Positions 52,265 to 64,000 of a DNA stretch of 64,000 bases are shown one piece after another. The notes below the pieces were generated by a model, which was given only the letters and a program-made list of their open reading frames with translations, was not told the origin of the DNA and searched no databases. This DNA comes from Owenia fusiformis (taxonomy: Eukaryota), in the NCBI GenBank assembly GCA_903813345.2, contig CAIIXF020000001.1:47678001-47742000 (forward strand). Reading direction: 5' to 3'. A program made the position numbers and the translations under genes. How positions within the stretch are numbered: the first letter of the stretch is position 1; every line of letters starts with the position of its first letter.

Positions 52265-55200
52265 TTACTGAATCTTCATAGATTTTTTATTTTCAGCTTA
52301 TTATATTAACATTTTTTACAAACCGTAACATATCAATTGTGAGATGATTTAGTGAACAATAGATATACGTACCTTGGAGCAGAGGAGCGATTTGTAAAAG
52401 TACTTGTTCGGCAGCTCGGGACAAATCTCAAACACAGAAAAACATTGTGGTAATTTTCCAATTACATCCAGTAAAGGATTCCTGATGATCAATCGTAGTT
52501 GCTTCCGTGGTATGGGTTGCCGCTAAGTTGTCTACAGCTCCCGCGAGGATTTTATCATCTGCTTGCAGCCCCTACCAGTCGATCAAATAAACGATTCAGT
52601 CTGGTCATTAATTTCGTTATGATTTTCAGTGTTGCTGGTGTGTTGTCAAAATTATTGTGTATTGGCGGACATCAATTCGTGTAAATAACGTTTTAAAATG
52701 TATTCACTTCTTTTAAACTACTTCTAGGAATGCACACGCAACTGTAAGTAACGATCTTTCCGTTTTGGAATCACATTCCGTGGACTTGCATCGTGGGAGG
52801 ATTCGATTGCATAAATTAAAGGAGCGTAGGATCGAAGCGGGATGACGTCAGGTTGAAATTGGACATTGACAATATAGCGACTGGTGTAACCATCTTGCGC
52901 ATGGGGGTAAATCGAAGATGTTATCAATATTGAGACTCTGGAAATTCTTGAAGGGATTCAAATTTATGTTAAAGTGATACAAATGGAACTCAATACGATC
53001 GTACAATAGGACATCATGCCTAACACGTGGATTGACGTTTTGTGAGGTCTGACTAACCCGTCATATAAGTCCTTATAATCGAGGATAGCTTATTGTCAGA
53101 TAATGGAATCAAAGATCATAATTGGTACGTATGTTGACATACTTTAAAAAACTAATGTACATTGATTTTGCATTCTATATATCGCCGCGCGCCTCTTTGT
53201 ATCTCTATATGCAGAATATGTCCTAACTACATTTAGTAATGGCCGTCTTTTCCTATTTCTTTGAATTATTTATTATTTTTATGTACTTTGTTCAACATTA
53301 ACTTAATTTGGTTTAGCGCTATTTCATTACCTGGGAGCATCGTTTAGGTTGCTTATAGGTCTAGTTTTCCTACCAATTAGTGACGGAGAGAAGAACAGAA
53401 GGACAATTTATTTGAAAGATAATTAACAGTTTTTCACTTTTACAACTACTATACTGACAGAAGCAATCGGTTAAAAACAGTAGGTAGGAGTTTTTTTTAG
53501 CTAATTTGAAAACGTAGATATGTTTAGGTCGAGTCTCTTTGATTAAGTTTATAATATCTCTAAAAATCATTACTTTTGATATAAAAAGTGCTATCATGAT
53601 TTCTCAAAATGAATATTATGAGAACTTACATATTATCGTTGCTGAATCTAAATTGGAAAGTCCAACGACCAGATACAGCGTCCTATCTCATAATCAAACA
53701 TTCATGCTAGAGAAGTAAATTTCATCTCTAATCCGAGTGAGTCGGAAAATAATTGTTCAAAAATAATTAAATGTTGATTGAAACCAGTAAAAAGTCAATA
53801 GAATCTATTTTTGTGATTGGTGAACGTTTTCGGCTAATCCCTCGTGTTATTAGTTTTCAAACTGGTTCGTGACATGATAGACCTAGCTTAAAATATCATT
53901 ATTCTCAATTATTTTCAATTATGACTTGATCTATGTGCTGTAAGATTCTACTGTACGTTCATAATCATGATATAGCTATCCCTTGGGTAAAGATTTCAAT
54001 TATATATTTGTTATCGACAAGCGTCTATTTTATATAGAATCTATCAAATGTATTAGCTAACAGATAGCTTTGTCACAACTCCAGGATGAAACTCGCCAAT
54101 CATCAGTTATAACTTCATATTGGCAGCTTCTATTCTTCACTCCTTGTTATGAAATTCTATAAATCGTGTGATAGAGTAGCATATATAGTATGTTTGTGTT
54201 CATGTAAGTGCTTATTAGCTATATTTTGAGTGGCACTAAGATCAATAAAGTATGTAAGAAAGTTCTGGACGACGGTTTCTTCATGAAATCATAGTACCGG
54301 CAACAGGAACACATTTATATTGATCATACATTATACCTGTCCGTGTTGACAATGTATAATTTAGGCTAAATTCAATATAACGAAGATATAAACCAGATAT
54401 ACATTATACACAGTTGGTATGAACGTAACGTACATTTTTTAAATGTTGCCAGTCGAATCGATAATCCTATTTTCATAGAGAAAAAAATACTCTTTCCAAA
54501 AGTTAATCCCATAAAAAGATGCTTTCTCAAGGAAATAAATAGGGAATACAATTGCTATTCAAAACATAATGTATCAGTTCCCGCATGAGCCAAAATCCCG
54601 TATCAGATCCAATATTGGATCCCGTATCAGCCAAAATCCCGTATCATATCCCGAAGAAGAACTATTCCCAGGGATTTCTCTCGATTTTTACGCCTTTCGT
54701 TCAATTTTAAGACTTGTTAATTTCATTGAATTGTATCATTTTATGTAACCATTATTGGGTCTTGGGTGATGACATACAAGACTTGATCAAAATAAATATG
54801 TTTCAGAAAAAATATTGAAATGAATAGGTTATTGATGGTCGTGATGAAGTATGAAAATATGATGTTGTCCTCGAAAAATCTTCCCTTGAAATAGAATTCA
54901 TATTCCATCCCTACTATTAAATAATTTTCTATCCCATGACACTACCTCGACCCGGTGAATAACACCAGGGACTATTTTTCATATTGAATGAAATCGTATC
55001 CGCCCGCTCAATCACGCCCCAACCCCGCTCACGAAAATCGTATTCACCTCAAAACCCCGCTCGCGAAAATAGTATTCACCTCCAGGGAATTTTGCCAAAG
55101 AAATCTCCCAATTACGTTTGGTTGGGTCGATGTAGCGTGCTACATTGTATAATGATGTTCTTTGTGAGAAACGATATTTTCCAAACAAAATTGAAAATAG

Positions 55201-58200
55201 AGATTTTGAAACGTAAGAAGTATGAAGAATGTAAGCCCATCAGTCATAGGCGAATTGATCATGCTCTGACACGGAAAGACAACGTCATAGAAATCTTAAC
55301 AAGCGTGTGATGGACGTTTATGTACGTATTGTTAACTTACTTTTTTGAAGTTGATATGTTTATGTTAAACAAAATACTCGTACGTACTCTTTTTTAATAA
55401 TTAAAGTCTAGTTGAAGCCAAAAGTTCCAACAAACAGTTTTTATCACTTTAAACTTATATTGCATCACTTTTACGATTGAAAATATTGTTCTTTTTAGTA
55501 TTTTTCTATCGTCAAGGGAGAACAGCACCACGTGATGAAATAGGTACGGTTACTATTTCAGAGTAGTCAGAATGAAGCTAAACCTCGTGCCCCCACTCAG
55601 TAGTTGCTGGTTCCGAAGGCAACAATCAACTCGGAGAATACTTTTAAGCATACTTTAATATGGCAAACCATGGTCGAAAATAGAACTCTACTTGAAGAGA
55701 ATACGTCATGTGTTCATGAGGCTGTACGACTGATGACTCTTCATATATTAATGTCTCGCTTGTCTTTAATCATTAATTTCCCAACTTTCACTTAATGCCT
55801 GCATTATTTCAAGATTTAATTTCCTAATATCTTCTTCAATATGTAAAACATGTAATTATGGTACATGCCCTTCCAAACTAACATAAAAGATTGAACAACT
55901 TAATCTGCTTTTTTCCTTCAAGTAGACCTAGTAGTTTTTTAATTAGTTCCCCAAACAATGAGCAAGATGCAGATTGATGTTTAAACAGCCTAAATATATG
56001 GAGAATGAAATCAATCAGGGGTTTATCTGATCGCGATAAGTCTTCAATCATTGCGAAATGATGGCCATATAATTAGACAATGGCATCCCTCCAGACTGAG
56101 ACAGATAGGCCTAATTGCATTAGAGTAGGCTTATAAAATAACTTGTACCACTTAGTCACATTGGTTACTATGTACAGGAGTAGATCGTCTTTACAAGTAT
56201 TACGTATTCAAAATTTTCATTACCCTTGTTGAGAAGAAAATAAGATCAATAGTGTAAACATCTTGTAAAACATTCGAACAGTTTATTATATCACCACCAA
56301 AAGTGGTGACACATTGTTATGGTTTCCGTTTTTGTGACAGTGGGCGGCGGTTGGTAGTTGGAGTCCGGCGTCTGTAACAAATTCTAAAAATCTCCAATAA
56401 CTTAACAAATTTTATGCTGTTTAGACTGACTTCAGTTTTTTAATCTTGATTTGGGTTTTGACCTTCAGTGACCTTCTCAAGGTCAAAATAGGTGTTTTTT
56501 CAACTTGCGTCAAACTGACCATTTTTTCAAAATCATCTAGCTACAAGTTCACAGAATTTCAAATCTGACTTTAGATTTGAGATTTGACCTTCACCCTCTT
56601 AAGGTAAAAAATGTTTTTTTAACTTGCTTCAAATTGACTTTAGAAACGATTATCCCTTATTTAAGGTATCATATTATTTAAACGATAAAATTGTTTGTTT
56701 TTAAGTATGATTTCGGAAATTGTTTTCTAAAAATTCAAAATTATGGGATTTCATTAAGCCACATGCTCTTCCGATGAAATCGGACATAATGTAATGAATA
56801 TATCTATATATAATGAATATTTCTGCTATTATACTTGGCGTGATTGTTTATCAAACTGAAATCTAACGTAACATAATGTAGGATATGTAACCAACAATAC
56901 ATATAATGGAATTAGATTGCAATCACACCATACGTCAGTTCATCCTCTTGTTTCAGCGCACTTATAAGACTCTTTTCAATAAGAAATGAATGGCAAATGA
57001 GTGAATTACAGACATTTCGATATGGTAATGAGATACTGTTTAATTGCAAGACTTATGCATTAAACATTACAACTAATTTAGTTTCCCTACAGTCAAATAT
57101 TTCTTGATTTTCTTTTCAGTTACATTTCCGATATCAAGCTTACATATAAAACACATTTCATCATGCTCTGCGCACATAAAGCACCGTCGACTTGTCATTA
57201 CGCGTCGCATTTAATTCTATGTATACTGAAATAGAATTTAATGTTTGTCACGACTGATTGACGAACTAATTCTTCATTAGAAAGACACGTCACTTTGACA
57301 TTTAGGAGTGGATACCTCGAAGCAAATTGCCATTCCCTGGACCAACCTTTTTTAAAGAGGGGGGAAGTGTTGCATGTCTGGTTACAGGAAGTTTTAACGG
57401 GAATCGCATTGATTTCTGAGTCAACATTATAATGAAAAGACAAGATCATTACACAATATGCGTACAAATACAATACATAGAGCATCCTCGAATGAATTAA
57501 TCTACGGTAATTGATGCTACGTTTGACCTATAACAATCGTGTTTGGACACTAATGTTATTATCAGAGATAAAACGAGATAACTTGTTATCCAATAGCTTT
57601 ATTAAAATTCTGACAACCTTTAACATGAGATAACAACACGTTTAATATAAGCAATTGAACACATTCCATGTCAAATCAAAGAAACTGGATCTGCTCTCAT
57701 TAGTGTACATTTCGAAAGAGTTTTACGTTGTTAACGCTACAAAAATGAGTCTCGTTAGGATTATGTCGTCAGAAAACCTATAGAACCAGAATTTTGCCGA
57801 TGAGTAACTTACATTTATTTCACTTACAAACTCCCATAAAAGCCACTAAACGTGCATTTGATGGCGTTGAAACTGTAAAACCTTGGCAGAGGAAAATGCA
57901 ACTTGCTATTGCGCATTTGGCATAGCGCTAGCCTTTCTACCAATCAATGTTAAGTTATTAGCACACTTTTGATCATGAACAGCCAAACCTTGCACTACAT
58001 GCGGCACATTATAAAACACATTTATTACCTGCATCATATCGTTTGCTTTAATATATCAGATGCGATATAATGATCTTTATCACCATGACACCTCAAACAA
58101 ATGGTGATTGAAAGTGGCTGGCCATGGGACTCCATATACTACCTAGCTAGTTCTGTAATGTAATAAATTAGTATCTCTGATAAGTTCACATTTACACTTA

Positions 58201-58455
58201 TTACCTTACAGGTTATGAAGTAGACGGATAAAGTAATACTTATTTAATTCCGTTCTGTTGTAATCTGTTTTTAAATCTCTCTTTTTAGCATCCTGAAGCA
58301 ATGTATAAAAAAAGTATTTTAAATGGCCACTCGCCTTGGTGACTGTTGATTTAAAGGACCTAATGCACACTCAGAACCCAGGAAGATTTAAGTAACCTTT
58401 CATCCATTGTGGCAGATCTCAAAGAATGCATCAACCGCGGGCTTTGGTTGTGCAA

Positions 58456-59155
58456 AAGTCCATGTGCAGTATGGCAAGTGATTTGGCCATCTGGCCATTA
58501 ATACAGTGGTTTTTATCAAAACAACATGTTTTCTTTCAAGTTTAGTCCCCATGGTAGTAAAATATCAATCCAACTCTCTGAAAATTATAAATTAGGACCC
58601 CAAATTGGCACTTTTCAAAAAATGTTAGACTCATTTTCTAAAACGAAGATCTTGTTTTTCTCAATTTGAACATATCGAAAGTTTCTTCTACACTATATTA
58701 ACAATTTCTGAAAGGGGGATGTGTATTGAAATACGTTAAAGTTAAAAACCACATATTCCATGTTATTTTCCCTTAGGGAAAACTCGTGCTACCCATTGTT
58801 TTCAGCATAATTTTGGTCATCGAAAATGGATATCTAAAACTAGACTTTCAATACCATTCTACCTTTGAAGAAGTTTTAGACCCTTTGTTGAATAATCTTT
58901 TCATGCAATAAAAACCAGAAAAAGAAAATCCGAAATCGAGTAAATAAGTTCAACATTTTGAAAAAAATGTTAACATGGGGTCCCTATTAATAATTTTTCG
59001 AATTGTTCGATTGATGTTTTTATCATTATGGACACTTCACTTGAAAGAAAACATATTGTAATATTTTAATAAAAACCACTGTATTTATGCCCAGAAAGTA
59101 CTCATGGCTAAGATATGACTATCTAAAATCACTTGCCATACTGCACATGGACCTT
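58456..59155. mobile_element. MITE with ~90-bp imperfect TIRs
   Basis: gtccatgtgcagtatggcaagtgattt...atacagtggttttta vs taaaaaccactgtat...aaatcacttgccatactgcacatggac. Confidence 0.72.
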
Positions 59156-60014
59156 ACAGAAGTGACCAAAGATTCTCAAAGGGTGACCAGATGGACTTGA
59201 CCTTTACCAGTATTTCAAGTATTTCAATTCCACTTATTCCCAAATGTGATAAAGGAACAGAGGCGAAAATAAATGTGGCGAGCGATCGAGTCTACGCTAG
59301 CATTCGGCTATTGGTCAATAACTTTTATATTATATATCATGCATCGGCTCGTTACATTCATTATATATTCAATTACAATTTCTAAAAATGAATTACTTTT
59401 ATATGGCTGGGTAATCCAGCTATGACGCAGTAAAAGCGTTGGATAAGTGGGATTTTATGCATTACAGTAGCTGTTATTAGGTCTAGAACTATTTGCGAAC
59501 TATTGCGAATATCGTCATATGTTCTTCCCACCATATGCAACTGAAGTCTCAAAAGATAAACGTCGATATGGTGGCTATCGTTTTAGTAATATAAGTCAAA
59601 CACGTTCAGAGCAATGTCTTTCTGAACAATTAATACAATTCAATTCGGATTTTTGAAAACTCCAAAACTCATCAGCACTCAGAATGCCACAATTTTAAAT
59701 CGATCTATCCGAGTTACAGTGTTTACAATCTTGATCATATCCCTACGCAGAAATTAATTACGTACGCTTGGGTCATGCATTTTATATATAGCACTCAAAT
59801 ATATGAATTATGAGTAGATTACCAGACGGCTAGACGTCAGATGGAACTATCTGATGATATTCTCCTCAAGTTTTTGAGACTTATTGTCCCAAAGGGGCAT
59901 TAAATAGTGAATACTATAGTAAAAAATATTCATTTCTTCAACTGTGGCAACAAATTCAATATCACATGTTTTTTTTATAGGGACACGTCAAAGCATGAGA
60001 TTGAGATCAAAACA

Positions 60015-60430
60015 GTTGACACCCTCTCCAAGTGATCCATTCCGTGTAACTGGGTTTGTTGACATAACTAAGGAATATGTAGATCTGACATTCTCAGTAT
60101 ACCCAGAGCCAACAAGAGAAATCAGTTCCAATAATCGAAGTTTTTAAAAGTTATGATAAATTTTCCATTTTTTACGTTTTCACGAATGTAAATGAGGTTA
60201 CTTCGTCAAGGCCTTTTAACTCTTCTGTCCACAGGTATACAATTGTTTCTTGTACAAAGTACAATCAATTTGCTAGCCAAAGCGACTTAAGTATCGCACG
60301 CCTAGCTGTGAAACATTATCTTTATTTCCGTAGGGTAAGATCACCAGTTTTGCTGAAATGAGCAGTTGTATTCCCTTGCAATGTCAACAAACCCAGTGCC
60401 ACAGATTGGTTCACTTCAAGAGGTGTCGAC
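60015..60430. mobile_element. MITE with ~50-bp imperfect TIRs
   Basis: gttgacacc...aagtgatcca...actgggtttgttgacat vs atgtcaacaaacccagt...tggttcactt...ggtgtcgac. Confidence 0.65.
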
Positions 60431-60534
60431 ACACCTCGTTCAAAATTATTAAATGCGAGAGGGAGATAAAGTTACGTTATTATTTTTGCAGCGTATACTT
60501 TATATAAAGTTTTGATAAGTGGTATAGATATGGA

Positions 60535-60810
60535 GCATATGGGTCTATAGGGGTTGTATATGGTAATGGTTTTATGATAGGGGTTGTATGGTAATGGATC
60601 TATGGTAGGGGATGTATATGGTAGAGGTTTTATAATAGGGGTTGTATGGTAATGGATCTAGGATAGGGGTTGTATGGTAATGGATCTATAATAGGGGTTG
60701 TATATGGTAATGAATGTATGATAGGGGTCGCCTGGTAATGGATCTTTAATAGGGGTTGTACTGGTATGGCAATAGATCTAGGGTGGTTGTATGGTAATGG
60801 ATCTATATAG
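60535..60810. repeat. ~29-bp minisatellite (ATAGGGGTTGTATGGTAATGGATCT)
   Basis: About nine degenerate tandem units are visible. Confidence 0.88.
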
Positions 60811-63800
60811 AAATCCATGATTTCTCATGATGGCATTGGTTGCATAGACAGGGAACGCTAGAAATAATGCCAAGAGCGTGTACGCAAACGGAGCTACAAT
60901 AAGGGTTGATAATGGAGCACGCTATGATCAGGGGTTGTGGTAATCGGTCCATCAGCACTTACCCGTGTTATAACAAGGCCTCTGAAGGAAAATCTCGAGT
61001 CAAATGGCGTATATATTTTGGCTTCATTTTTGTGAATTTCAATTTCTGGCAGCAGAGAGAGAGGGGGGTAGTGTCACGATTGGCCGATTATTTCAAAAAG
61101 TAGACGTTTGAATCCTATTGAGTTTAGTGTCCGAATGTAGCTCGGACATTGCATATTATAGACCTCAGATAGGTCAGTGGGGCCAAAACTATCCATAAAT
61201 CAAAAAATAAGGCGTTTGCCCCTTTGCCCATTGACAACTATGGTGTGGCGTGTACCCTTTGCATTTGTTTGACTTCACTTCTAAACGAAAGCTTAGTCTC
61301 TACGTGCAGAGTAGGTGACGTTAATTAGGGGTGTTTTTCCCCTACGGCGAGTGTGCTCAACTGTATCATAGCTCGGGCATGGGGCTACGTTTATTTGGTA
61401 CTCTGCCGTATGATCAACTCAACGCGTATTATAAGTTGCAACTTTATGAGGTCCGGTTTGTATTTATTTACCAAAATATGGCGATTTAAAACAAATGGTT
61501 ATTCAATGTTAAAACATCCAGACTGGTGCATTTAAAAATTACAGTATGCAACTGTAAAGGTCTAAAGGGAAACAAATATTCTTATACACTTTAAAACAGC
61601 TGCGGTCTGAGACCGTAAAAACATCTACTCTACCGAGGGAAAATAACACACGTGGTTGGAGATCCATGTCCTTGTTCGAAGGTTGGTTAATGTAAAAAAC
61701 AACGCGACACAATAACGGATATACCAGAGCAGTTTGTAGAAACATGTAATTTCCTACTGCGGCGCCTTAATTTGGTTGCATGGTATTCTTGATTTATGAT
61801 CGGTGATTTTGTCTTGAAGAATATAGCCTCGACGTTGAGGATTCATGTCTAATCCATATGAAATATATGTTGCATCTCAATACACGAAAGGCCAAAAATG
61901 AATGATTTTGGATTAACGTTAATAGATAACCTATCTTTAGGAAGCTGAAAAACAATCATAACTTTGCTGTACTGTTTGGAGACTTGATCAGTCTTTGGCT
62001 ATTTCTAACATGAAAAGCAGAAAGATTTTCTCAGTATCAGAACGTAGGATCACCATACAAGGTGTATATAGATCTACGCTTTTATATAAGAAGTTTATAA
62101 ATATATTGATATATGCCCCTGACGCATGAGATCGTATTTATAAATGAGAGTTCTTCCTAATTTAGTGTCTCTATTATTCTCGGAAGATGTATTCATTGAG
62201 GTATAGCAAGATAAGTCAAAGGGACAAGTTTGTCGAATAGCCGATAATTACGTTCTAGTGTTTTGATCGTAGAGATCATCCGCTCATTGTCCCTTATGAT
62301 GGCCACGGGCATGGTGCGTAAGGGTCAATTAAAGATATTTATTCATGTTATTGTTCTAAAATCAGTTTGCGTTTGGCCTGTTGAAACTTCACCTCGCCCT
62401 CGCACTCTGCTGCAAATAATTCATTATATAGTATGCGAAACCTAAAGTGATGTATGTGTGACATACGTATACAAGACATGTACATAATATTTACGAACGA
62501 TCTCCAAAATTAAAGTTGCTTCGATCAAAATTCGATATTCCCTCACAAATCCAGGGCAGTGGAGCTGGGGATCTAGCATTGAAAGTTAATCTAAAATATC
62601 ATCTGTATTATCCGTATTTATCCAATTAGGAATATGAAAACTGGCAAACAAGATAAAACATTGTATTAATCGCCGACAGGGACAAGAGATGTCCTTTTTG
62701 CTTACCCGTAGAAACAATCAATGGTATTAGTCTTGACAGATAGCGTGGTGGTACATCTGCTCCATCTGATTTGGGTCTTAACCTACACTAGACGAAACAA
62801 GGACATGATTCAAACGATCTTAATTGTGAGATAACTAAATGAACCAAGATGTCAAAAAAGCAATATTTGGTCATTTCATTTTGTTTTTGGAGAAATAAGT
62901 GAACTAGAGTTATCCAACCGTTCTGTTTTAAACCAAGTTACGGATTAACGGAATACAATCAACAATGCTAAAATGAGGCAAATCCTACAGAACTAATCGA
63001 AACTATGTATTATGTCTGAATATGTAGATTAGAGAGGTCAATACCTTACAATTTCGGGAAATACTAGAGACAGCTACCATTTCAAGGGGCATATCGGAGT
63101 AAATGTGTTTTTCACTAAAAATAGACGCCCTTTTAAAAAAGAAAAATATCTGTTTGAAGATGTTCTTTCAACAAGAATCCCATATAATAGTGAATGATAA
63201 TTACTTGTAAATTATATCCATAAGTGTGTAGTCGACAAAACAGGCCGATATGGACACGCAGAACAGTTTCCAACTTCCCCGCCGATATGAGCTATGAAAG
63301 GAAGCGTTACGTTTATCCAATAAATGCTAATAACAATCATGTTAGTCATTCTCTTACAACTTTGAGAGGGAGACACTCGAAAACGATAAGTTCCACCTTT
63401 CCGGAAAACCGGGTACGTTTAAGGCATCAATTGATGCATATTTCGTTTATAATTATCTCTAGCATAATGTATTATCGACTAAGAATAATGAGTTATACGT
63501 GGTAATTTACACCTTTTATTTCAGTACCAGTTAATATGATACACGTGAAAATACAATATGCCGCTCATATGGCAATTAACTAATCCAAAAATGAAATCAA
63601 TGAAAGTGCTGCTGTAAGACGATACTCTATTTATTACGAGCAATGATGCTAAATTATGCTATCAATGATCCACATCTCTATTGTCATGTCTCTTCCAGCG
63701 GTAGAGGCAGCCTCACGACCTGGGCTGGTGAAGTACTTGGCCGAGACCATTAAATATCATGGAAAACAAACGTATGAGTCAAAATTACAAAACATCGAAC

Positions 63801-64000
63801 TACACTTGTTTTCAAAAATCTGGGAAAACACCTGAATACCCATTGGACCACCTATGATATTAGTCTACTTACGTTTTGAGTTTTAGAAACAATTCAAAAA
63901 CAATTCCAAATGTTTTCATTCAGTGTTGAAATTGTACTGTTTAGTGTGGAAATTGCGCCCATTATTAAAGGGGGTGACTTGTACCATTTAGTGAGAAAGG

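Noticed and set aside
52370..52930. GC-elevated segment with short ORFs
   Set aside because: Stops interrupt every frame over the full length and no motif was recognised; possibly decayed coding or TE sequence.
54580..55130. Short direct repeats (gccaaaatcccgtatca; cccgctcrcgaaaat)
   Set aside because: Probably a transposon remnant, but no TIR pair or TSD could be defined.

Overview
AT-rich eukaryotic DNA with spliceosomal introns, probably from an invertebrate animal; the species cannot be determined from the sequence. I reconstructed four spliced genes by hand from splice sites and reading-frame phase. (1) SoxF (Sox7/17/18 group), + strand, 2 exons, with an ~8 kb repeat-rich intron inside the HMG box. 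(2) A 5-exon secreted protein, - strand, fusing a single-domain VWC (Vago/SVWC-type) module to a C-terminal ShK-toxin-like module. (3) A 3-exon secreted protein, - strand, with a C-x20-CP cationic/aromatic loop resembling anti-lipopolysaccharide factor (ALF). (4) A 5-exon P-loop sulfotransferase-like protein, - strand. A 262-aa orphan ORF with an RVxF motif lies between (3) and (4). Genes 2 and 3 are fragmentary or absent in the ORF track and form a candidate innate-defence effector pair. The rest of the window holds many non-autonomous DNA transposons with readable TIRs and TSDs (Academ-, Transib-, Ginger1-, P- and MULE-like), one 5'-truncated LINE and several tandem arrays. Family assignments come from motif recognition, not database searches.
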